Source: Takakia lepidozioides
Lineage: Eukaryota > Plantae > Bryophyta
Assembly (NCBI GenBank): GCA_030704615.1
Contig: CM060733.1
Coordinates: 20,088,001-20,152,000 of the forward strand
Reading direction: 5' to 3'
DNA: 64,000 nucleotides
The notes below the pieces were generated by a model. The model worked only from the letters and a program-made list of their open reading frames with translations. It had not been told where the DNA came from and did no database searches. The position numbers were made by a program, and so were the translations under genes. Below are positions 26,527 through 38,486 of the stretch, one piece after another; positions within the stretch are counted from its first letter, which is position 1; every line of letters starts with the position of its first letter.

Positions 26527-29500
26527 GATGAAGAAGGGTTGGTGTGGGCTTCACTCTTTCGAGTCTTAATTCTGTGTGTGGGAGAGATAGAAACAGGCCG
26601 ATGTTAGTTCTGACAAGTAATTTAAGGAATGCATGTCACTACATACTTGGTTTTGCATCAAGCCCTTCTTAAAAGTTTTGTGAAGTAACTACTTGTCTTC
26701 AAGCGACACCAAGCTCCATGCTGAACTTCTTTCAACATATTTACGACTTGAAGCTAGCTTCTCGCCTTTTCGCAAAGTCTTGGTTCAATTTTGTCAAAAA
26801 GCAGGCTGGAGATTCGAAGCCTGGAGTCTGAGTGTGAGGTTGAGTCTATCGTCTCCTTCATGTCATTGGACGTTGTTAACATCGTCTTCTCTCTCTACCT
26901 GGGCTCCTCCTCTCAAAATTAGGCCCCGAATGATAGTCAGCAGTCACTGTTTCTATATTGAATTTGTTTAGAAGGCGTACTGATCGAGGACGCATAAACT
27001 GCATCCATCACACTAACACTGATGGCCAATACGTCGGCTCCGTATGGCAAGTTCCGCCCACATGTAGTCATGGTCCCTAGCCCCACCTCTGGACACTCTA
27101 TTCCCTGCCTACAATATGCCAAGCTGCTGTGCAAATCCGGAATTACCACCACCTTCGTGAGCACTGACAGTCATATTGCAAAACTGATTCAGGAAAACCA
27201 TGGAACTGCGAACTCCACATGTGACGCCCCAGACCTGCGATTTGTGAGCCTGCAAGATGGCATAACAAGGGCCGCCGCTTGGAATTCTTTGGAAGAAAAG
27301 AAGGTGGAGGAAGCAACACTGGCAAAGCTCCTGGAGGCTCTGATAGTGAATATGATGGAAACCACCACCACAGCGAGCTGCAAGATAAATCAGCCATCAG
27401 TACCCCCAGGTGGCAAGCCTTGCTGCATTCTGTCAGATATGTTCGTTTTGGGTTGGACTTCAAAGGTAGCCCAAAAGCTCGACATCGAAAGTCATGTCCT
27501 ATTCACCTCGCCAGCGGCATTATTATCCCTTCTGTTGCAGGTGTGCATTCGCTTCTAGCTCTCTTGAAACCTAACAATCTCGATCTAAATAATCCAAAGG
27601 GGGAGTAGACTTGACAGACGCGGTGCCAAAAGGGAGGAAACCTTAACATGATGAAGTAATGGTGCTTTACCCGTCCAGGCAACACGGGCACGGAAACAGG
27701 TCTTATCATGTTTTCACACTGTTCTGAGTATGATCGGTTCAATACTAGCAACCTGAAATTCGAAATGGAGAACGAAACTTAGCGGGACAGGGGTATTCCT
27801 AGTCAAATTTCTAGAGACTTGGCATTTTCTTGTGATGGGCATTGCTAACGAGGAGGGAGAGAGAAGAAACAGACCAACAAATCTCTCGTATTGTCCCCGG
27901 GTAGAGCAAACAGCTTACGGTGCAAAGAGAGAGATCTCGAGAGAGGGAGGAACCCTGCCGAGTACTGTTGGCATGCCATAATATTGTAAACATGGCATCG
28001 TCCGTAGCTATTAGGAACTCTCTAGACAGGCTCGTCAGGGGCAGTGCATGAGTATATATGGATGTTTATCATGCAGAATATAGTGTTTTCCTTTTCAGTA
28101 AATGACACACGTCTGTGATGGCAGCTCAGAAGGCTCCTAGATGAAGGCCTATTGCCTCCCAGCAATCAGTCCATTTGCATTCCTGGCCTGCCACCACTGA
28201 GCCCATCGGATGTTCCGAGGGGTTTGGATGCAGGGAACGATGAACCCTTGTTCATCTATTTTCTTCGCCATCTTTTACTTCTCACACAGGTTTCGGTGTT
28301 GCTAATCAACACTTTTCATGAGCTCGAAGGTAGGGTGTTTGATGCCCTGCAGACCCAAGTCATTGGCACACCGAGTGTGAAGGTCAGACACTTTCCTTGG
28401 TTGTGGATTTTTGTTTTTCAAGTTTGTTGCTTGCACATGAATTTGTTCACATGTGGATATGGGGGGAGAATTGGACTGTGGGTTCATCCTGAGAAAAGTG
28501 TTTTTTGGGTGGCCAAACATTGCCACATTGGCCAATCAGGTTTAGCTGCACTGCGCAGTGGCACCACATACATGAATTACATTTTGGTCCCAAGATTAAC
28601 TCTTTAAAAGAAACAAGACTGTTAAAATAAGGGCAATGATATAACCCCTCCCCTTATTCACAAGTCCTGATCATGAGTGCATTTGAAGCCGCCCTTGTCC
28701 GCTGGATTGAGTCATGGTTGAGTCATTGGTGTCTGGTTTCAGAGGCATCAAATATGGATACACTAGACCAACTCCCAGTGAGGGTGTCGATCTGACGGCA
28801 GCAAGCTCTCAGATGCAGGGGTGTCTCTCCAAAAGAGATTGCTAGGAATAATTTGATACCCTCTCAGTCAACTTGAGTTGACATTGTTAGGACTGCCTAG
28901 AGATGACTGAATATCACCACTTCCAAGAAGTGTGAGAGCAACACCATCTTGTGTTGGTTAAGAACAATAACATTTCATAATGTTCGGTTGTCACAGTGCT
29001 TTGGTACATGTGGAACAACAGGTTCACGTTCTTCTCATGTTGGATGCTCCAGCCTGGGGGACAGGCTGTTTTGTTTGTTAGTTCTGAGTTGCAGGTGCTA
29101 TGTGCAGGCCCGATCTGTTTTGCCCATTGGTCCGTTGCTTCTGACAGAAGGGCAAGCCTTCCAAAGCCACAAAAAGTTCGATCTGGACATTGTACAAGGA
29201 GAAGAAACTCGGAGTGACCCATGTTTGCTATGGTTAAACACACAGGTTCCTTCTTCAGTTGTGTACATTTCATTTGGAAGTGAGCCAGGAGCTTTGACAG
29301 GACCACAAATCCTTGAGCTGGCACAGGGGCTTGAGGCTAGCGAGCAACCTTTCTTGTGGATCCTACGGCCCCCCAATGCAGCTCCCCCCTCGGCTTCAGA
29401 GTTACCGCCATCGGTCTCTGAATTGCTCCCTCCAGGTCAGAATGGGCCGTAATCCTGGACAATGACTTACGATTTTACGTCTGACAAACTTATAAGTCAC

Positions 29501-31097
29501 AAACAGGGACAGAACATTCACATGTTAGCATATCATAGAAGCTTCAAGTACCGGTTATAGTATGAAGGAATGCTCCCATTGACACAGGGACAAAAACAAA
29601 CAGGGTTGAAAGTGAAAGTGATAGTGAAAGTGTTGGTTTGATGGATATAATAGTCTACTGGTGCATGGCAGGTTAGTTAGCCAGGATTTATGTGGCAGGT
29701 GTTTCTTAGTAGGACATGGATTAGCTCATGAGGGATTGGCCTGCACTCCAGGTTGTGAGGAGCGTGTGAAGCACCACGGTTTAATTTACTCTGGTTGGGC
29801 ACCCCAGCAGCAAATTCTTAGCCACCCAGCCGTTGGTGGCTTCCTTACACACTGTGGCTGGAATTCTACACTGGAAAGTATCTGTGCAGGTGTCCCACTG
29901 CTCACGTGGCCACTGGCGGCAGAGCAGCATATGAATGCCAGGTTAGATTCATGTGCCTCTTGGCCAAAGCTTCAAAACTTCTGGTTTGTTTCAGTAAGCT
30001 GGGCACATCACCTTCCACTCTGACTAGACAGAAAAATTAGGAGAAATCTAGTGCATCCAAGGGACAGCCAGAGGGCCTGTGGGATAAAGTAGAACATTTG
30101 GATCCTATGGCTGGACGCCTCCGAGAGAGAGTGGAGAGAGGTGGCTGGGTATAGCACATTAGGTCAACTGTGGATGGGGAACTTGTAGGTGGAAAAAAGA
30201 AGAAAGAAAGAACTGTGTGTTATAATGCTTTCCCTACCACTTGTAGCCTTCCATGTGGAGGACAGGTAATCCAGGATTCCCCGACATTGTGTGGATCAAG
30301 AGGAAGGGGGCAAAACTTGACCTCCCTAAGATTTTGGTCAACCCAACAAAGGCAAGGGTTTGAACTTGTTGGTGTCCCTTTTGTTGACATGGTCCGAATG
30401 GAAAGCATGGTTGGTTATCTTGGCCTTTGTTATGTATTAGCGTATTCCTACTAGCAAACTGTAGTGTAATTGATAGAATATTCTGAACTCAAATTGGTTT
30501 GGGTGAGCAGAAATCGACACCAGATTTACTTGAGAGGTTGTCTACTTCCCTACGGGAAATAAGGGAGGCTTTGCGTCAGGGCTAATGTAGGTGGGATGTG
30601 TTGTGTCATGATTGGGGAATGAACCTTTGGCTGGAGTGTTTGCTATTTAACAAACTTTTAGCAACTACTCATGTCATCAGAGTAAATGCACATACCTATT
30701 GGGGAGAGTTAATGGTGTGAAGCAAGTAGAGCTTTGTCAATTGTGAAACCCAGTGTTGCATTGAAATTACGTTTTGACTGGTTTGATGATACACTTTCCT
30801 GTGCTACAGATTTCTTGTGGATACAGCAAAACTGGGAATGGAGATGCAACAGGGAGAGAGTGGATTGTATGAGAAGGCAGAAATTGAGAGGGCAGTGAGG
30901 GTTCTGATGAGAGAGGATGAAGGACTGGTCATCAGAAGCAGGATGAATGCTATGGGAGACGCCGCATGGACAGCCTTTGCTGATGGAGGATCCTCCAACA
31001 GGAATTTAAAGGCATATGTGAATGAACTCAAGTCCAACATCCCCATCTAACATCTCTTCGCAAGCAGAGTAGTGTAAGGCATCAGTAGCCGCAATTA
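26527..31097 (+). repeat. Segmental tandem duplication of ~18455-23039 (UGT gene with promoter and introns)
   Basis: High identity by eye from GATGAAGAAGGGTTGGTG through GCCGCAATT, including introns. Confidence 0.95.
27022..31050 (+). CDS. Family-1 UDP-glycosyltransferase, copy B; exons 27022-27540, 28125-28382, 29108-29435, 29752-29941, 30810-31050; 511 aa
   Basis: Same exon structure and PSPG box as copy A; in-frame 1536 nt. Confidence 0.95.
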
Positions 31098-33325
31098 TTG
31101 TATGCGTGCTTAAGTGTGTACCTTGGTGTTCATGAGAGTGTTATTACGAGGGCAGATCGTGGGCCTCGGGGATAGATTCCATACGGCTGGCTAAGCACTA
31201 CTTCTATGAGCTACCCCCACATACGTGACAATACCTGCAGAGGAGTCGTATCTACTGTAGGAACAGGAATATTGGTGGAGATGGAGGGTTGAATAAAGTC
31301 CTCGGAGATTGCTAGGAAGTTGTCTCTGTGTGAGGCTAAGGAGAGGTTGTTGAGAGGGGAGAGGCTGAGTTGGGCTGAGTTGGGTGTACCACTATTCACC
31401 ATTGCGGGTGAAATCGCTACTGAACTAGGTAGTTTTAAATTTTTTCTGACAAACCCGACACACTGTGCATGTGGTTTCTCAAGGGTGGTAGCTCCTTGGT
31501 TTAGCAAATCTGTGTCCAGAATGGAAGCTGCCACAACATAATGCTTGATTTAGCTGGTACCAGGGGTGGCAGTAGGTAAGTCTAAACACTCAGAGGGTGT
31601 ATTTCCGGGGTCCAACTTTAGATTGGAGAGGGTTAGGAGATCGCTTTGTGGATTACCGAGCATACCTTGATCGCAAAGGAGAAATTGGTACAGCCTCCTT
31701 GTCATTCTCAGGTAAAACCATGTGTTGTGTTTTGGCTCAAAGTGGATGCCAACTTGTGGCACTATTTCCGTTAAGCTGTGTATTTTATACACAAGTAGTG
31801 CTACATCAGCTCCTACTACTGTGTTGCGAATTGGGATTTGCAACTATAACCTGTCGTGGGAAGGTAAATCTTGCATAGAAAGAGTCAGTCTGGGAGCATT
31901 AATGCCCGTCAATACGCGGTCTCGCCTGGACCCAGATTCATTGAAAATCTTACTTAGAAGATATCAGAGCCAAAGTAAGGAGTGAACAAGAGGAGGTGAT
32001 ACCTAAATCTATGTGTGAGTCCTTGTCTCGGGATACGACATCTGTGCCAGATTTGACCGAAGCCCCTATAGGCCCCTATAGGCAACGCCCAGGCAACCGA
32101 TGTGCAGGGCTTGTGTGAGGCAATGAATGCACTATCCAATTGTTCGGCCCTCATGCAACAGTTTCAGTTTCAGTTTTGATGCCCGACATTAGCCAGAAGC
32201 ACCTAAGGTTTGAGACTGAGTCCACCAAACAGAATCACAAGCAGCCTTCCCAGAGTATGAGGCAGGTGAGGATTTTGAAGTATTTTTGAACCTCTTTGAG
32301 ATGAGTATTGAAATGAACCTAATGCGCCCCCAGAGAGACATGATCACTTAAAGCTTTCGTTTTTGTCTCAAAGGTAATGCTTGGACGCTGTTTGAAGTAT
32401 AAAACACAAGGGGAATCTGATCACTTGGGATTGGGGACGACCATTGGTGTTCAGAGCGGAGGAGATAAAATCAGTCTGTGCCTGACCGAGTCTACCAAGA
32501 AGGTGAGGGAGTGTATTACGCGGAGTATGTAAGGCAATGCCCATAGCTGCTGAGCGTCCAGTCATTCTCAAAATGTGCTTTATTAAAAAGAATTGCCGCC
32601 AGCCGAACAAGTCTACCTACAAAAGCATCCTTACAAGGACGAGCAAGACATGGTATAGTTGATTGAGGAAAGAATGCGCTTGAGAGTAACAACAAAAGGG
32701 GAAGTGAGGTAAAGATGACTCAAAAGGGTTTGTAGATCTTTGATGGGGAGATGGGTATCTCTAATATGGACATGAAAGGGATCAAGAGTGGTGTTGCACA
32801 GGTGGTGCCCTCTCTGCTGGATGAGATTATCACTACGCAGAAAGAGCTTCACATTGAGCTCACGCAGGCGTTCAATGGTCGAGCAAGTGAGTCTGGTGAC
32901 ACTGGCAGCTCGTATCAAGTAAAAGGTAAGGCGGCCTCCGTCTGAAGGCGGCGAAAAGATTATCGTCATCTGCAAAAGGTAGTAGGGTTCATCCAAACCC
33001 CGCGACTATAGTGGCCCGTTTGCACCTAGGGTCCATTTTGCACCACCGACACGTGCCAAGTTAATGAAAGAGTGCAAACTGGTGGCCCGTTTGCACCTAG
33101 TTCAATTAATGACATCACCCGACCATTCACAGGTTGTCCCCCTTCTGCCCCACATACCGTGAGATATTCCTTGGTCTGTTTCCAGTAATATCCCGGGAAA
33201 TGACTATGTTTACATCCATTTCTGGAGGGCAGCACACATGCATGGCCCGCATGCATGACATGCACTGCATTCATAGTATGCTACCACATGTATGTGATGA
33301 CAATGTATGTAGAGATGGTCCGTAC

Positions 33326-33842
33326 CAGGGTTGTACCAGTATATAGGGTATTGCCTGGTATATGCACTGGTATTAGATACCAGACCAGTCTGGTATAATT
33401 TGGGAGAATACTTGGTCATCTACGAGGACCAGGCTGGTATCAATTTTTTCATACCAGCCACAATACCAGTACTCCCCCAGTGTCTTCCTCATTTAGTCTC
33501 TTCCTCATTTAGTCTGGTATGTATACTATACTAATCTATGTGTACATATGCCTACATATTTGTACTTATGTATATTTATTTCCTTATTGTATTCTATTTG
33601 TTTTCACTTGATACTTGCTATTTGATGAACTTGTTATTCAATGATGGCTTTGGAATGATACCAGAATTGATATCTCATACCAGCTGGTATTGTGGTCAGG
33701 ATACTCATACTCATACCAGTATCTGGAAAAAGATACATCTATTATTATATAGACCAGACTGGTATGAAAGTTTTGCGATAAGTCTGGTACTGGTACCAGG
33801 ACCGGTCTTTTATGTCCTAAAACTGACACCAGTACAACACTG
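33326..33842 (+). mobile_element. hAT-type MITE
   Basis: TIRs CAGGGTTGTAC and GTACAACACTG with 8-bp TSD GTCCGTAC/GTCCATAC. It is absent from the matching position in the right arm (~52575). Confidence 0.85.
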
Positions 33843-34590
33843 GTCCATACTATGACAATGGTCCATCTCCGTTTATGGCATCATCTGCATGAGAGATGAT
33901 ACGATGGTATTGATCTACCATACACTATTTGGTGAATATCTCTTTCTTGAACTCGCTATTTATCAATTTGAAGTTCTTCTTTTCATCATATTTTAGCCAT
34001 GTTTTAATTTTTTAATATAAACATATTATTGATATTTTAAATCATTCTAGTGCTTTCAAAACATTAATTTGTCATCCTAAAAATATTTGATATATATATA
34101 TATGGAGGAATAAAATGGTCATGCTTACTATTTAATTGAATATAATATAGAATGATGATAAGAAATGTCCTTCAAGGATTGAATATTTTCCCTATAAATC
34201 TATCTCTATTGAGCAATGTTTTGAGTGGCTCAAAACATTGTTTTCGGTGAATACATGAAATAGATACTATTGGTAGTTTTACTACCATGTGTATTAGTAT
34301 AGAAGGGCGACTACTCATGAATCTTCCTCGCACCTTTTATAGGTTCCCAATCCGCTTTGTACAAATATATCCACCATTCTCTATACCTAGGATATAATAT
34401 AAATTATTAAATACCAAAATAACTTGAAAATATTTCAGAAGCATAATTTGCTAGAAAAAGTAGAAAATGTATATCTCAAAAGGTTTTAGTAATTTTTAGC
34501 TACTCAAAACATACATAACAGGGCTGTGGCCTGATTGTGTAATGACCAGCGGTTAGTCTCTCTGCCTTCGGGCTAAGCTCTGCCCCTGTA

Positions 34591-34960
34591 GGGTAAAACA
34601 CCCTATGACCGTTATAGTTCCTATGACCGTTCACCTCATAATTGCTTGGGTCAGGCCTGCATGAGCGACCATGGCTGGGCCCAAGACTTGCTCATTTTTG
34701 CCACTTGGCAAACAGTTGTTTGATAGAACCCCCAAGAAATATGAGTGGTCATAGGGCTCAAACTTCACACAAGCATTCGGATTGGTTCAACTTTGAAACC
34801 CCATAACTTTGTGTGGATTTCATGAAATCATGCACTTCCAAATGTGTTGGGATGCCCCAGATGTGGGGCATCTTATCAATTTATCCGGGGTAAAAACGAC
34901 AAAAATTCACCGTTAGATCTTCCGCCATCATTAGATGAACGGTCATAGGGTGTTCTACCC
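34591..34960. mobile_element. Tc1/mariner-type MITE
   Basis: TIRs GGGTAAAACACCCTATGACCGTT and AACGGTCATAGGGTGTTCTACCC, flanked by TA. Confidence 0.8.
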
Positions 34961-35049
34961 TAATGCCTCCACAGCTTTGCTAGTGTTTTCCTTGGAAACC
35001 AAAAACAAAAAAAACATGTTTTTAAATGGGCAACTGTCATAAAAATACT

Positions 35050-37020
35050 ATATGACAGATTTACTGGAAAGATTGTTAGGCCTTATAGGACATCTCTTAT
35101 TGTCATTTCACAAATACCGGAATGACCTAAATATATGTGGGAAGCTTAATTTTCTTTTTAAAAAAACATTTACTTGAAAGATTGTTAGTCCTTAAAAGAC
35201 ATCTCTTATTGTCATTTCACAATACCATGGGCCTTTCAAGTACTTAAATAGTATATATATGATTGAAATTAAAATAAAATCCCAAAATGACCTAAAAATA
35301 TTTGGGAGGCTTAATTTTCTTTTTAAAAACAACATTTACTGGAAAGATTGTTAGTCCTTAAAGGACATCTCTTAATGTGATTTCACAATACCATGGGCCT
35401 TTAAAAAATATAGGATTGAAATTAAAATATTTTTGAAACTCCAAAATGACCTAAATATGTTTGGAAGGCTTAATTGTTTTTTAAGAAAAACATTTACTGG
35501 AAAGATTGTTAGTCCTCAAAGGACATTTCTTCTTGTCATTTCTCAATACCATGGGCCTTTCAAGTACTTAAATAGTATATATATGATTGAAATTAAAATG
35601 TTTGCCATAAGGCTTAGACACACGGAGAACGTGCAGGAGATTCCTGAGAACAATGACAAAGATTAAACATCTCTTAATCCCGCCAATGGCAGAGAACCAC
35701 TAGGGAGATATCCCAGCAAAGAGGGGAGGGAGCGATACCCTCCATCCACCATGTCCCAATAGGAGGGGGGCCTAGCCTGACCTAGCGCTCGACCAAAACC
35801 AAGTAAGAGAACTAAGAGACCAGAATCAGCATAATGCACTTCTATTATGAAGGTGACGTTTCGATTCCAGTTTATATCCAATCTCTCGAACTCAGGGGAG
35901 GCTGAAGATGGGGTATCTGCGGTGCTGCCATAAATGAGGGATCGCGTTCTTGGCGGCCAAGAATGGGAGTCAGATCCTGTGCAGCTGCAAATAATTCCCA
36001 CAATTCCCACAGTGGAATTGGCTCATTTTTTGATATGTTGTGCATAAATGAGTTGGGCCCACTTCTATATGGCAGGAATCTATGGATGATTTTTGGTAGG
36101 TTTCTGCGGGCAATTTACTGCAACTCGGTACCCAAATTTGTTAAAAACTCCAAAAAGAGCATGGAAAATTAACACAATATCATGGGCCTTTCAAGACTTA
36201 AATAGTAATGATTGAAACTAAAATGTTTTTGAAATTCCAAAATGACCTAAAAATATTGGGGATGCTTAGTTTTCTTTAAAAAAATATTTATTGGAAAGAT
36301 TGTTAGTCCTTAAAGGACATCTCTTATTGTCATTTCACAATACCACTAGGGTAGCCTGTGCCGTTGGCCCAAGTGTGCAGTGTCATCTAAGTCCCAGTGC
36401 AATCCCATATGTATCCAAGTGCCATATGTATCCAAGTGCGTCTCCTATGTTGAGGCCCATGTGTGAAAAATTGAAATCTAAGACCAAGTGCAATTTCCTC
36501 TATATCCAAGTGTGTCTCCTATGTCTAGGCCCATCTAAGCCCAGTGCATTCTTCTATTCATGTATCCAAGTACATCTCCCATGTAGACGCCCGAGTGTCC
36601 AATGTCATCTAAGTCTAATCATTTTTTTTCCACAGAGCCTACGACCAGATTTGAACCGGAGATCTTTTCCTTGATATCTCTCCGGTCGAGGCTCCAACCA
36701 TTGTATCAGGAGAGCCCACTTTGCTATTTTTCCCGAATTTCCAGCGACCCAAAGTACTTGAAATTTCACATCTCCCACACCGCAAGTCCAAAAATCATGA
36801 GACCAAGTTGGTGCACCCCTCCTCATCGAAGGCTTTCCAACGGTACCAAGCACTCAGGGTGGGCCCCGTAGTTTGGGACATCTCAAATCTACAAAACAAA
36901 ACAAACGTCTCGATTCATATATTGATGCTTTCAAGTACTTAAAATAGTATATATTTGATTGAAATTTAAAAAAAATCGAAATTCCAAAATGACCTTAAAA
37001 TATTTGGGAGGTCTAATAAA
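35050..37020. repeat. AT-rich tandem repeat (~110-165 bp unit), interrupted by insertions; inverted copy at 51449-51680
   Basis: The unit TTTACTGGAAAGATTGTTAGTCCTTAAAGGACATCTCTTATTGTCATTTCACAATACCATGGGCC recurs at ~35060, 35169, 35335, 35493 and 36287. Confidence 0.85.
36346..36925 (-). mobile_element. Non-autonomous Helitron
   Basis: On the minus strand it starts TC(AATATATG) and ends with a degenerate GC hairpin then CTAG. It is inserted between A and T in the CCA|TGG of the tandem repeat, with no TSD. Confidence 0.7.
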
Positions 37021-38486
37021 TTGCCTCTCATTTTAGATTAATTGGGTCTTTAATGCCTCACGTATGAGCTAGGCAGCAAGGCCCAAGCACGGATGGGGGG
37101 TCGCCTCCCCCCTCTCCCTCCCCCGACCGGCGAGCCACGCAACGTGGCCCCAACGCGGTCGCAGCCGCGCAATCCCCCGCCCGCGGCCGCCGGCCCCCGC
37201 GGTCCGCCCACACCCCGCCCATGACACAGTCCCCTCGTGGCTGCTGCAGGGTCCGCCTACGGCGGGGTCCACCCTCGTCGCTGTGGTAGACCACACCTGC
37301 AAGGTCCCCAGGCCCCTCACCAGACCCACCACGTTGTGCGCATCCGGCTGTCCAACCACGGCCCTATCCAGACCATCTGGATTTAGGGCATCGCATTGCA
37401 GCCGCCGATTGATCCCTCTTCCCCCTTTGCTCTTTTCTGTTCCCGTCTCCTTCCCGTCTAGACTCGCTCCTAGCAAGAACATAACGTGTCTATTGTCATT
37501 CTTCTCTTCCACCATTGCTACTGTATCAATGCAGGTCGTATTGCAGGTTCTAAAGCATGCGTGAAGGGGTACTGTAGATCAGTACATCGCAGCGACCGTC
37601 GATGCCAAACCTGAAAGTTTTCTTATACGTCTACTTCAACAATGTCTGCAAACACCAAAAGATGGGCCATTTTCTTGTGAAGATCTTTACTGAAAGAATG
37701 AAACCCGCTTTGGATACATGGGCTCACAAGTGCTAGTCCAAACAGCTTGTATTCCTTGGGAGAGAGTGGGCGACTTTGTGCTTGGAGAGGAGAGTAGAGT
37801 AGAGACGGGTGTTCCACTCAATTTTATATAAATGCGCATGTTTCCGCGAAGCCTAGTACATAGACAGCTCCAAGAACTAACACATACCTAACCTCTGTCA
37901 TGTCTGCACCATCAGATTCTTGCACTTCCGGTCCATTTTCTTTCTATGCTCGCACCACATCTTATATGTTTGCTACGATGTAGATATGGTTCATATTGTG
38001 CTTACATGCTTCCAGGACTCCATGGGTATCGATGGGGGAATGCTTGCGCGTGAGCCTGGCCACGTGAGCCTGTGAGCCTGTGAGCCTGGCTAGGCTCACG
38101 CCACGTCAGCAAGCTTCCACGTGTTCAGGCCGTAATTTCGTGCTTACCCCCCCTATTACCGCGGATCAGCTGTCGCCTATGTCCTAATTTTTTATCCCTC
38201 TTCAAGGCCCCCACATGAATATTCTTTGTGGCCGAGAACAATGGCAGGTTTGCGGATGAATTATGATTGAGGTCATGACTTTGGAATGAGGAGATCGTCC
38301 ACTAGAGAACTGAATATTAAAAGCAAACATTTTTTTTGGGCAAAGCAGTACATTCATTCCAACACACAATCATTTTTCAATTCCGCAATCCGAAGACCTA
38401 TTTTAGGCAATCCCCAACTGTACTTACGGGAACGCGCAAAGAACTTGAAAAACAGTTTGGAGATGGAAGCAAAACCAAAATACAAT

